A DNA stretch of 64,000 nt from Acidobacteriaceae bacterium (GCA_036509515.1 DATCFM010000099.1:7063-71062); one strand, 5' to 3'. Positions 48,557 through 57,089 are shown, numbered from the stretch's first letter. Numbers and translations: made by a program. The notes: generated by a model not told the origin, from the sequence alone.

Positions 48557-51466
48557 GTGACCCTCGATCTTCGCACCCCGGTCAAGTACGTGAAGCGAAT
48601 CGGCGACCGCATCGCCGCCGGGCTCCACGAACGCGGCATCGAAACCGTCGAAGACCTGCTCTACCACCTTCCCTTCCGCTACGAAGACCGCCTCCATCCC
48701 CGCCCGCTCTCCACCTACCAGCCCGGCGAGATGGCCTCCGTCGTCGGCGAGATCCGCGGCGCCGTCCTCCTCCGCACCCGCTCCGGCGCCATCTTCGAGA
48801 TGACCGTCGGCATCGCTCCCGCTTCTGTTTCTTCCCCCTCCCACAATCTGTCATCTCGACCGGAGCGCAGCGGAGTGGAAAGACCTGCAGTTTCTTCCCC
48901 CTCCCACAATCTGTCATCTCGACCGGAGCGCAGCGGAGTGGAGAGACCTGCAGTTTCTTCCCCCGACGCGACAATCCCATCCTCCCCAGGCAACAACCCG
49001 GGCGCCCCAGCCCGCCCTGAGCGCAGTCGAATGGGTCTCGATTCTGAGACGTGGGTTTCCACAGATGCCACTGCCAGCGCCAAAGGCGCGCAACATACCA
49101 GCCTGGGGCGCAGCCCCAGGAACACGCCATTAACAAACGACCCGAGGGCTGAAGGCCCGGTGCCATCTGGAGCGTCGATGTTCACCGAACCCTCCATGGC
49201 CGGTCTTCTACAACCGCCACCCATCCTCGAAACCATCAAATGCCTCTGGTTCCACGGCGCCTACCTCAAAGACAAGCTCCGCCCCGGCCAACGCATCGCG
49301 CTCTACGGCAAGCTGGAGGGCTCGCGCTCCGGCAACGCCCTCAACGCCCCTCCCGGCAGCACCAAGTTCAAGATGGTGCAGCCGATCTTCGAAATTCTCC
49401 CCGACGCCTCCGCCACAGGTGACGACGCCGAGTTCACCATGCTCGAGATGGGCCGCATCGTCCCTGTCTACCCCTCGCTCGGCGGCACAACTCCCTGGGG
49501 AGCCAAGCTCACCTCGCGCTGGCTCCGCCGCGTCCTATGGACAATCTTTCGTGAACTAAAAGAGAACAACATCCGCGCCGACGAAACGCTTCCGCGCGCA
49601 CTCTGCGAGCGCCTCGGCCTTCCCACGCGCATGGAGGCGCTCGAAGCCGTGCACTTCCCGCCCGCCGGCACATCGATGACGGATCTCATGTCCGCGCGCA
49701 CGCCCGCGCATCGCCGTCTCATCTTTGAAGAGCTCTGGTACCTCGAGCTCGGCCTCGAGCTCAAACGCCGCCGTCTCCGCGAGCGCGAAGGCACAGCCTT
49801 CCTCACCAACGACAAGGTCCGCGAAGCCCTCAAGCAGGTGCTTCCCTTCAAACCCACCGCAGCCCAGAAGCGCGTCCTCGGCGAGATCGTCGCCGACATG
49901 CGCGCCCCGCGCCCCATGCGCCGCCTGCTGCAGGGCGACGTCGGCTCCGGCAAAACCATCGTCGCCTTCCAGGCCGCATTGGTAGCCATCGAAAACGGCT
50001 ATCAGGTCGCCCTCATGGCCCCCACCGAGATCCTCGCCACGCAGCACTTCCTCTCCGCGCGCAAACTCTTCCGCGACGTTCTCTCCCCCAGCAAGCAGCG
50101 TCCCTATCGCCTCACGCTGCTCACCGGCTCGCTCGACGACCGCGCCAAGCGCGAAGCCCGCGCCCGCATCTTCCGCGGAGAGACCGATCTCGCCATCGGC
50201 ACCCACGCCCTCGTCGAAGAGAAGGTCGACTTCCATAACCTCGGCCTGGTCATCGTCGACGAGCAGCACCGCTTCGGCGTCCAGCAGCGCTTCAAACTCA
50301 TGCGCAAGCAATCCACTGGCGAACCCGCGCGGACGAATACGAATCCGGGTGCCCCATCCGTGACAGCTTCATCATCACGGGTGGGATCAGAGAATGTCTC
50401 AGGTCACACAGGTCTGGAACCCGACACCCTCGTCATGACCGCGACGCCCATCCCCCGCACCCTCGCGCTCACCCTCTACGGCGACCTCGAGGCCAGCGTC
50501 CTCGACGAGCTTCCCCCCGGCCGCACCCCCATCGTCACCCGCCGCATGCCCGAAGAACGCTCCAGCGAGGTCTGGGACTTCGTGCGCAAGCAGGTCGCCC
50601 TCGGCCGCCAGGCCTACATCGTCTACCCCATCATCGAAGGCGAGCGCGATGACCAGCCCGAGCTCGACTTCGCCCACGACGAACCCACCGATCCCTCCCA
50701 CCCGCTGTCATCTAGACCCTCAACAGATCTGTCATCTCGACCGGAGCGCAGCGAAGTGGAGAGACCTGCAGTTCGTTCACGGCGCAACAAAACTCAAACG
50801 GCACGCGCGGCGGCCCCACCGTCGACGCGCAACAAACGCTCTCCCACCCGCACCAGACTCCGCTCCGCCTCCGAGATGTTCGACGAGCTCCAACACGGCG
50901 CTCTGCACGGCCTCAAACTCGGCCTGCTCCACGGCCGCATGTCCGCTGACGACAAGGAGGTCACCATGGCCCGCTTCCAGCGCGGCGAGATCCAGGTCCT
51001 CATCGCCACCACCGTCATCGAGGTCGGCGTCGACGTCCCAAACTCCACAGTGATGGTTGTTGAACACGCCGAACGCTTCGGCCTCGCCCAGCTCCACCAG
51101 CTCCGCGGCCGCGTCGGTCGCGGCGCCGCCAAAAGCTACTGCGTCCTATTAACAGGTAGCAAAATCTCGCCCGAAGCCGAGCAGCGCCTCGATGCCATGA
51201 TCCAGACCCAGGACGGCTTCGCCCTGGCCGAGATCGACCTCAACCAACGCGGGCCTGGGGAATTCTTCGGAACCCGCCAGGCCGGTCTGCCCGAGTTCCG
51301 TGTCGCCAGCCTCACCCGCGACCGCGATCTTTTCGAATTGGCCAAGGCCGAAGCCGCACACTTCGTCGAAGCCCCCGACCCCGCCACCACCCCCGCCGAG
51401 CGCGAGGCCATCTGGGCCCGCCTCAAACACCAATGGCAGCGCCGCTACGGCCTCGTCGAAGCCTGA
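48557..51466 (+). CDS. recG: ATP-dependent DNA helicase RecG, enlarged by in-frame repeat insertions
   Basis: LPFRYEDR, RLLQGDVGSGKT, MAPTEILA, DEQHRFGV, MTATPIPRTL, EVGVDVPN, QLHQLRGRVGRG, DGFALAEIDL..RGPGEFFGTRQAG. Confidence 0.96.
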   Translation: MTLDLRTPVKYVKRIGDRIAAGLHERGIETVEDLLYHLPFRYEDRLHPRPLSTYQPGEMASVVGEIRGAVLLRTRSGAIFEMTVGIAPASVSSPSHNLSSRPERSGVERPAVSSPSHNLSSRPERSGVERPAVSSPDATIPSSPGNNPGAPARPERSRMGLDSETWVSTDATASAKGAQHTSLGRSPRNTPLTNDPRAEGPVPSGASMFTEPSMAGLLQPPPILETIKCLWFHGAYLKDKLRPGQRIALYGKLEGSRSGNALNAPPGSTKFKMVQPIFEILPDASATGDDAEFTMLEMGRIVPVYPSLGGTTPWGAKLTSRWLRRVLWTIFRELKENNIRADETLPRALCERLGLPTRMEALEAVHFPPAGTSMTDLMSARTPAHRRLIFEELWYLELGLELKRRRLREREGTAFLTNDKVREALKQVLPFKPTAAQKRVLGEIVADMRAPRPMRRLLQGDVGSGKTIVAFQAALVAIENGYQVALMAPTEILATQHFLSARKLFRDVLSPSKQRPYRLTLLTGSLDDRAKREARARIFRGETDLAIGTHALVEEKVDFHNLGLVIVDEQHRFGVQQRFKLMRKQSTGEPARTNTNPGAPSVTASSSRVGSENVSGHTGLEPDTLVMTATPIPRTLALTLYGDLEASVLDELPPGRTPIVTRRMPEERSSEVWDFVRKQVALGRQAYIVYPIIEGERDDQPELDFAHDEPTDPSHPLSSRPSTDLSSRPERSEVERPAVRSRRNKTQTARAAAPPSTRNKRSPTRTRLRSASEMFDELQHGALHGLKLGLLHGRMSADDKEVTMARFQRGEIQVLIATTVIEVGVDVPNSTVMVVEHAERFGLAQLHQLRGRVGRGAAKSYCVLLTGSKISPEAEQRLDAMIQTQDGFALAEIDLNQRGPGEFFGTRQAGLPEFRVASLTRDRDLFELAKAEAAHFVEAPDPATTPAEREAIWARLKHQWQRRYGLVEA
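48827..48962 (+). repeat. 63-bp tandem repeat (x2) containing a CTGTCATCTCGACCGGAG...GGAGAGACCTGCAGT element, in frame in recG
   Basis: Units start at 48827 and 48890, differ at 1 nt, and encode VSSPSHNLSSRPERSGVERPA twice. Confidence 0.92.
48998..49055 (+). repeat. GGGTGCCCCA-family palindrome with a nested GCCCTGAGCGCAGTCGAA element, in frame in recG
   Basis: CCGGGCGCCCCA-[GCCCGCCCTGAGCGCAGTCGAATGG]-GTCTCGATTCTGAGACGTGGG. Confidence 0.65.
49076..49159 (+). repeat. AGCGCCAAAGGCGCG...CCTGGGGC..GCCCCAGG palindromic element plus AGGGCTGAAGGCCC, in frame in recG
   Basis: 49076-49120 matches the intergenic copy 51470-51514 at 41/45 nt. Confidence 0.88.
50345..50385 (+). repeat. GGGTGCCCCA-family palindrome in frame in recG helicase domain 1
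   Basis: CCGGGTGCCCCATCCGTGACAGCTTCATCATCACGGGTGGG; same ends and ACAGCTT loop as 33462-33507. Confidence 0.8.
50705..50772 (+). repeat. Third CTGTCATCTCGACCGGAG element plus partial copy, in frame in recG helicase domain 2
   Basis: 50729-50772 nearly identical to 48911-48954 (LSSRPERSEVERPAV); partial CTGTCATCTAGACC at 50705. Confidence 0.9.
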
Positions 51467-51469
51467 CCA

Positions 51470-51514
51470 AGCGCCAAAGGCGCGCCACATACCAGCCTGG
51501 GGCAACGCCCCAGG
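51470..51514 (+). repeat. Intergenic copy of the AGCGCCAAAGGCGCG palindromic element
   Basis: Starts 3 nt after the recG stop; two hairpins GCGCC-AAA-GGCGC and CCTGGGGC-AAC-GCCCCAGG. Confidence 0.88.
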
Positions 51515-51516
51515 TT

Positions 51517-51588
51517 GGCACTGTTCATGCCATCAGTCTCCGCAAAGCCACCCGAGAGGAGCAAAGACGCTATGCCAAAGAGTCCTAA
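51517..51588 (+). pseudogene. C-terminal remnant of a BrnT-family toxin
   Basis: Reads GTVHAISLRKATREEQRRYAKES*, matching the BrnT terminal ISxRKAxxxE..Y motif; overlaps the start of the BrnA-like gene. Confidence 0.7.
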
Positions 51589-51834
51589 ACCCGACGCCGA
51601 AAATCCGGAGTGGACTGCGGAACGATTTGCCCGCGCCAAGCGTCTCCACGAGATGCTCTGGAGGTGCAGCGAGCGTTTGCCCGCAAGAAGCGCGGACCGC
51701 AGAAGTCCCCGGTCAAGAAGCTCACCACCATCCGCCTCTCTCAGGACGTCCTCGCGGCTCTGCGCTCCAAAGGCCGCGGCTGGCAGACGCTTGCGGATGA
51801 GACGCTGCGCAGTGCTTTCGTGAAGGAACGCTAA
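51572..51834 (+). pseudogene. BrnA (DUF4415) antitoxin, frameshifted near 51657
   Basis: MPKSPKPDAENPEWTAERFARA... continues in another frame as ...RGPQKSPVKKLTTIRLSQDVLAALRSKGRGWQTLADETLR. Confidence 0.8.
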
Positions 51835-51954
51835 CGCAGAAATCCGTCCGCCCAGGATTTCCACAGCACATTTCCACAAGGAGAGAGGGCGACGGCAAAT
51901 GCCTCGCCTGACTCCACGTTTTCATCCATGCGTTCACCAGCGCTGGTCCACAAA

Positions 51955-52389
51955 TTATCCAGCCGCAGCCACCACGGAATTCTCCACGGAAGCCGCCACC
52001 ACGTGCTTCTTGGGCCCGCGCTTGCGCGCCACCAGAATCCGTATCCGGTCCAGCATCTCCGCTGCCGTGGACGCTCCCTTGGGCAGAAACGCATCCGCGG
52101 CCGAGGCCCGGTCGAAGTTCGAAACCGTGCCCGAAACCAGCATCGTCGGCAGCCCCGGATGAACCTGCTTGGCCCGCCTAACCAGCTCATTGCCATCCAT
52201 TTGCGGCATGATCAGGTCGGCCAGCAGAAGATCTACCGACCCCGGCATCGCCCCGCGCAGATACTCCAGCGCCTCCGCCGCCGTACTCATGGCCAGCACC
52301 CGGTAACCGCGCGTCTCCAGAAAGAACTTCCGTACCGATAGAACCTGCTCATTGTCTTCCACACATACGATCGTCTTGCGAGGGCGCAT
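51955..52389 (-). CDS. Single-domain (CheY-like) response regulator
   Basis: IVCVEDNE, LLADLIMPQMDG, FLPKG. Confidence 0.88.
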   Translation of the reverse strand: MRPRKTIVCVEDNEQVLSVRKFFLETRGYRVLAMSTAAEALEYLRGAMPGSVDLLLADLIMPQMDGNELVRRAKQVHPGLPTMLVSGTVSNFDRASAADAFLPKGASTAAEMLDRIRILVARKRGPKKHVVAASVENSVVAAAG

Positions 52390-52599
52390 TGTCTTCTTCT
52401 CTCCCACCGGTGGTTTCCGGCTTCTGTCGTCCTGCGTGCGGGGGCGTTCGCACGGGAGAACCCTTTCCAGGTCTCTCGTACGTTCAGCCGCACAGAGGCT
52501 TTGGCGAGCTCGAAAGCTCTCCTCAGTCCAGCGCTAAGTTGTCCGAAATCAGGCGAAAATCTTACGCCGCCAAGCTTTGTTCCCGGCAGCGACTTGCTG

Positions 52600-52628
52600 A
52601 GCATACGGAGGGGAACCCTCCACGGCAA
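52600..52628 (-). promoter_or_regulatory. Sigma70-like promoter of the response regulator
   Basis: Minus strand TTGCCG-17 nt-TATGCT, about 210 nt upstream of the ATG. Confidence 0.55.
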
Positions 52629-52709
52629 CAGCGAAATTCCAGCGAAAACGCAGCAACTTCAACCTCGCGCATCCACCGCAATCTGTGGACCCCGCATCCC
52701 CGTTGCCCT

Positions 52710-53675
52710 TTATGGCTCTCTGGCCTGTGTAAATCTGCGGTAAACGGGCAGGAAAAACGCGCCGTCTGCAACGAGGATGGTGCGGCCCGAAACCGTAATG
52801 GAACTCACGCCTTCACCCTGCCGCACCGCCCGGATGATGATGCGGCTTGGCCGGCCGATCTCAACTCCTTGCCGCAGCACAACTTCCTGTCCCGATTGTG
52901 CCCATCCATGGCGCACCATCCACGCGATCGCACATCCCGCCGCCGATCCCGTCGCAGGATCTTCTCCGGAATAGAACTGCATACGCGCACACCACACGGC
53001 TTTGGCATGGCTATGCTCAGAACGCGCCTCGTTGTCGGGGTTGTCCGGCGCAACGCAATAGAACCATCGAGTTTGCTTTGAGCGGAGCCATTCACAGGCC
53101 TCGCGCTGCGGGATCGCAAGCCGTTGGAGTGCTCCCAGCTTCAGCCCCACAATACAAAATGGATTTCCCGTCGAAATCGTCTGCGGTTCGGCGCCTCCCA
53201 GCAGATCGTGTTCCTCCAATCCCAGGATCCGCGCCACCTCTGCGCGCTCGTGAACCTCACCGAACACCGCGTCGTTTTGCCACATCGTCGCAAAGACGCC
53301 CTCGTCGCCAGCCATGGGCTGCTGCAACCGAACTGTAATCGGGCCAATATTGAGCCTTAGATTGAATTCGCTTGCGCCCTGCAACGGCGCATAGCTCTTA
53401 TAGAGCCAGCTTGCGGTTCCGAGCGTCGGATGTCCCGCGAACGGCAGCTCTTCCTGCGTGGTGAAGATGCGCACGCGCACGCCCTCACGCCGCTCCTGCT
53501 CCGGATCGCCCGAGGGCAGTACAAAGGTGGTCTCCGACAGGTTCGTCTCGCGCGCGATCGCCTGCATTTCAGTCTCGGAGAGCCCGCGTGCATCGTGGAC
53601 CACGGCCAGCGCATTTCCTTCCAGCGGCCGCTCCGCGAAGACATCCAGAATCGAGTACTCCAGCCTGCGTTTCAT
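52710..53675 (-). CDS. PhzF-family isomerase
   Basis: DVF..GNALAV, NLSETTFV, RIFTTQEELPFAGHPTLG, EDPATGSA, QGVEIGRPS. Confidence 0.92.
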   Translation of the reverse strand: MKRRLEYSILDVFAERPLEGNALAVVHDARGLSETEMQAIARETNLSETTFVLPSGDPEQERREGVRVRIFTTQEELPFAGHPTLGTASWLYKSYAPLQGASEFNLRLNIGPITVRLQQPMAGDEGVFATMWQNDAVFGEVHERAEVARILGLEEHDLLGGAEPQTISTGNPFCIVGLKLGALQRLAIPQREACEWLRSKQTRWFYCVAPDNPDNEARSEHSHAKAVWCARMQFYSGEDPATGSAAGCAIAWMVRHGWAQSGQEVVLRQGVEIGRPSRIIIRAVRQGEGVSSITVSGRTILVADGAFFLPVYRRFTQAREP

Positions 53676-54083
53676 GCAGTTGAGTTTAGCCAGCCTGCGT
53701 TTTCAGTGCCGACGCCTTGCATCCGGTTGACATCCTTTTGCCACCGCCGTACCTTGGAGACAGCCGCAAGTGGGGCCAACTGCTTCCATGCTGGTGCGAC
53801 GGCGCCAGCGGCGGTAAAGATTGAGAGACGCGATCCAGATGCTCCGCCTGACCATGTTCGTTCACCTTTGCTGCTGTGGCTGCTGCTGCTGTTGCTGCGG
53901 CCCGATGCGGGTGAGCGGATGAGTAAGTCGAGGCGATAAGCCAGCAACGATCGACCCTCAGAACCCACCCAAGCCAACGCCGGGTGGGTCTTCTACTTAA
54001 CGCTCCCAACCGGCTCTTCTTCAAACCCAGCGATTTTGCTGATTCAACTTCGAATATCTCAGAAATAAGGCAGGTACAAGAAA

Positions 54084-54740
54084 ATGTCACTTCGTCTCAA
54101 TGATGTAGCTCCTGATTTCACCGCCGATACCACCCAGGGTCCCATCCACTTCCACGAGTGGATCGGCGACGGCTGGGCCGTCTTCTTCTCGCATCCCAAG
54201 GACTTCACGCCGGTCTGCACCACGGAGCTCGGCGCCATGGCCAGCCTGCAGGACCAGTTCGCCCAGCGCGGCGCGAAGATCCTCGCTCTCTCCGTCGACC
54301 CCGTCGACAGCCACGCCAAGTGGGCCAAGGACATCGAAGACGTGGGTGGTCATAAGGTGCGATATCCCATCATCGGCGACCCCGAGTTGAAGGTAGCCAA
54401 GCTTTATGACATGCTTCCCGGCGATGCGGGCGACAGCAGCGAAGGGCGCACCCCCGCACTGAACGCGCCTGTGCGTTCGGTCTTCATCATCGGACCGGAC
54501 AAGCGGATCAAGCTCAATCTCACCTACCCGATGAGCACCGGACGCAACTTCGACGAGATTCTGCGCGCGCTCGATTCCATCCAGCTCACCGCGAAGCACA
54601 AGGTCTCGACGCCGGCGAACTGGAAGCAGGGCGACGACATCATCATCGCGGGCACCGTCTCCAACGAAGAGGCCGACCGGATCTTTCCGGGCTTCAAGAC
54701 GCTGAAGCCTTACATCCGCACTGCAGCCCAGCCACAGTAA
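54084..54740 (+). CDS. 1-Cys peroxiredoxin (Prx6 type)
   Basis: FSHPKDFTPVCTTE, YPMSTGRNFDEILR, TPANW. Confidence 0.95.
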   Translation: MSLRLNDVAPDFTADTTQGPIHFHEWIGDGWAVFFSHPKDFTPVCTTELGAMASLQDQFAQRGAKILALSVDPVDSHAKWAKDIEDVGGHKVRYPIIGDPELKVAKLYDMLPGDAGDSSEGRTPALNAPVRSVFIIGPDKRIKLNLTYPMSTGRNFDEILRALDSIQLTAKHKVSTPANWKQGDDIIIAGTVSNEEADRIFPGFKTLKPYIRTAAQPQ

Positions 54741-54755
54741 CTGTTATTGCCTACT

Positions 54756-54794
54756 CCGTCTCGCGGCGTGAGCCTGCCTCAGGCTGCGAGACGG
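54756..54794 (+). terminator. Long stem-loop after the peroxiredoxin gene
   Basis: CCGTCTCGCGGC...GCTGCGAGACGG inverted repeat; no U-tract. Confidence 0.4.
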
Positions 54795-54846
54795 TGAAGA
54801 GATTGGACTTCGGTTGCAATGGCATCAGAGGCCACTGCAACCACGA

Positions 54847-54922
54847 GCACCGGTGGCGAAGTGGCTAACGCGCTGGTCTGCAAAACCAGTATTCGCCGGT
54901 TCAATCCCGGCCCGGTGCTCCA
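54847..54922 (+). tRNA. tRNA-Cys(GCA)
   Basis: Acceptor GCACCGG/CCGGTGC, anticodon arm CTGGT-CTGCAAA-ACCAG, T-arm GCCGG-TTCAATC-CCGGC, U73, encoded CCA. Confidence 0.95.
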
Positions 54923-55416
54923 GCCTTCGCAAAATATTGCTCTTGACTCGCAAATCCCACAAAGATTTGAACATTTGAAAGAATTCCTTTCGCCTCAACG
55001 AATCGTTTGCAGTCTCGTGAATACAGTAGCCGAATAAGTTTGACCGCATCGAATAACTCCTACATCTCAAGTGAAAACTTTTTGGGAAAGCAGGCAACTC
55101 ACGATCGCCCGAAGTGAGTTTCGCCTTGCTGGGCGCGGCTTTTCTGCGCATCCCTTGTGCGCAAAGAAGGCCGATGTTTTCCCACAGCCAAAGGTTGCTC
55201 ACGATCAAAACGATTCCAAGTCAAATACGCAAAGCTCCCTTTGCAAGGACCTTTCGTTCGTATACTGACTACCATTGCCCCCGGGCCTCCACCTCTGTGG
55301 ACTGACGTGGTTTTTCTGTCAGCTCTATGCAGGTTTGTCGTATTCCCGCCGCCAGATGGCACTCGCTGACATTTGTTTCTCGGCAAATCCATCTCCTCTT
55401 CCGAGGTATATCGCGC

Positions 55417-56493
55417 ATGCGTATTGCATCTGTTGCAACCGCTTACCCTCCGTATCGCTATTCTCAGTCACAGATTACTGGGGCGCTTAAAAACGTCTGG
55501 CAGAACAAACCCGCCGAATCCAAACTCCTCGATCGCGTCCACTCCAACTGTGGTGTGGAGTTCCGTCACCTCATGTTCCCCATCGACAGCCTGGGACGCT
55601 TCTGCGGCTTCGGCGCATCCAACGATGCCTGGATTGAAGGGGCACTGAAGCTCGGCCAGCAGTCGATTCAAACCGCGCTTGATCGTGCCGGGCTTACTGC
55701 CGCCGACATCTCCGCGATCTTCTTTGCCTCGACCACCGGCATCGCGACGCCCAGCATCGATGCCCGGCTCACCAACCTGATGAACTTTCCAAAGAACATC
55801 AAGCGCACACCGATCTTTGGTCTGGGCTGTGTCGCCGGAGCTGCCGGTATCTCCCGGGCAGCCGACTACGTCCGGGCCTATCCAAAACAATATGCGATTC
55901 TGCTGGCAGTAGAACTCTGCTCTCTCACCTGGCAGACTGACGACTTCTCGATGGCAAACCTCGTCGCCACGGGCCTCTTCGGCGACGGCGCCGCCGCCGT
56001 TGTCCTTGCCGGCGATAAGACGCCTCACGGCCGCTCAGCAAAAAAAGTAGGCAAACCCTGCCCTCGCGTTCTCGATACACGTTCCACTTTGTATCCCGAC
56101 ACGGAACACCTCGTCGGATGGAAGTTCAAAGACAGCGGCTTCAACGTCGTCCTCTCCGCAGAAATTCCCGAGCTGGTCAACAAATACCTGCGGTCCAATG
56201 TCGATGCTTTCCTTGCGGATAACGACCTCTGTGTCGAAGAGATCTGCAGCTTCATCTTTCATAGCGGCGGCCCCAAGGTCCTCGAAGCCATGGAGAGCAG
56301 CCTTAATCTGCCCCCCAATGCGCTGGCCGCCTCCTGGAACAATCTTCGCGACGTTGGTAATCTGTCCTCCGCCTCGGTTCTCTCGATCATGGAGGACTAC
56401 CTGATGAATCGTCCCGGAAAACCGGGCTCTCACAGCGTTCTCGCGGCGATGGGGCCCGCCTTCTGCTCCGAACTCGTACTGCTTCAGTGGTAA
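55417..56493 (+). CDS. Type III polyketide synthase (chalcone/alkylresorcinol synthase-like)
   Basis: FGLGCVAG (Cys), VELCSL, LFGDGAAA, HSGGPKVL (His), GNLSS (Asn), AMGPAFCSE; GAGG RBS before ATG 55417. Confidence 0.92.
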   Translation: MRIASVATAYPPYRYSQSQITGALKNVWQNKPAESKLLDRVHSNCGVEFRHLMFPIDSLGRFCGFGASNDAWIEGALKLGQQSIQTALDRAGLTAADISAIFFASTTGIATPSIDARLTNLMNFPKNIKRTPIFGLGCVAGAAGISRAADYVRAYPKQYAILLAVELCSLTWQTDDFSMANLVATGLFGDGAAAVVLAGDKTPHGRSAKKVGKPCPRVLDTRSTLYPDTEHLVGWKFKDSGFNVVLSAEIPELVNKYLRSNVDAFLADNDLCVEEICSFIFHSGGPKVLEAMESSLNLPPNALAASWNNLRDVGNLSSASVLSIMEDYLMNRPGKPGSHSVLAAMGPAFCSELVLLQW

Positions 56494-56521
56494 TTGTTTC
56501 GTAGCCTCAGAGTCGCTTTGG

Positions 56522-57089
56522 TTAACCTTTGCGCTCTTTGATGTGGCGCGTCGTCGCTTGCTCATTCAACAGCACATGCACATTCTGGGACTTGAACTTG
56601 CCGTACTGCGGATTCAACAGAACATCCGCAAAGCTCTTTGCATCGCTGGCCGTGTAACTGAGCGGTGGAATGACCTTGTTCTCAAACGAGGCAATGCCAA
56701 CAATGAGAGCCCATTTTCCCGCGGGCGCTCCAGCGGGGCGCCGCAAGTACGAACGGAGCCAGCCGCTCCGTCAGAGCATCGGAGGGAACCATCTGCGCTT
56801 GCCGCATCGCATAGGCCGCCACAGGCGCGTGTCCCAGCTTGCTCTCTACCAGCGAACGGTGATACCAGGCTTCGCCCAGGTCGCTGCAAAGCTCGATCGC
56901 ACGCTTTAGAAGCTGGTTGGCATCTTCGAGCTGACCCGGTCCGCTGTCGGCCTGCACGCGCTCCAACGCCTGCACAACAAGGTCCTTGCCCGCGCCGCAA
57001 CGTGCCTGCGCAGGCGCCTGCGTACACCGGATGCCTGCGCCTAAAAGCGACAGAACCAGCTTGGAAGGAAACCTTTGCATTACCGCCAT
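56522..57089 (-). pseudogene. Truncated TPR + caspase-like (peptidase C14) gene
   Basis: TPR-like segment (EAWYHRSLVESKLG), then after a frameshift KWALIVGIASF...LSYTASDAKSFADVL...VHVLLNEQATT, which stops before the His/Cys dyad. Confidence 0.7.

Noticed and set aside
48827-48962. Possible CRISPR array from the repeated 44-nt element
   Set aside because: The sequences between repeats are identical rather than unique spacers, there are only two adjacent units, they lie inside a CDS, and no cas genes are present.
48810-49230. Intein or intron in recG
   Set aside because: No Cys/Ser start with His-Asn end, no homing endonuclease and no group I/II core; the inserts are explained by short repeats.
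52490-52530. Glycine riboswitch-like GGAGAG...CGCC.AAG on the minus strand
   Set aside because: The downstream CTCTCAGG/GGAC elements are missing and the gene context does not fit.
53953-53995. ACCCACCC...GGGTGGGT hairpin between phzF and the peroxiredoxin gene
   Set aside because: Could be a degenerate repeat or an operator, but too short and divergent to assign.
54825-55208. Minus-strand ORF over 54825-55208
   Set aside because: Overlaps tRNA-Cys in antisense; translation artefact.
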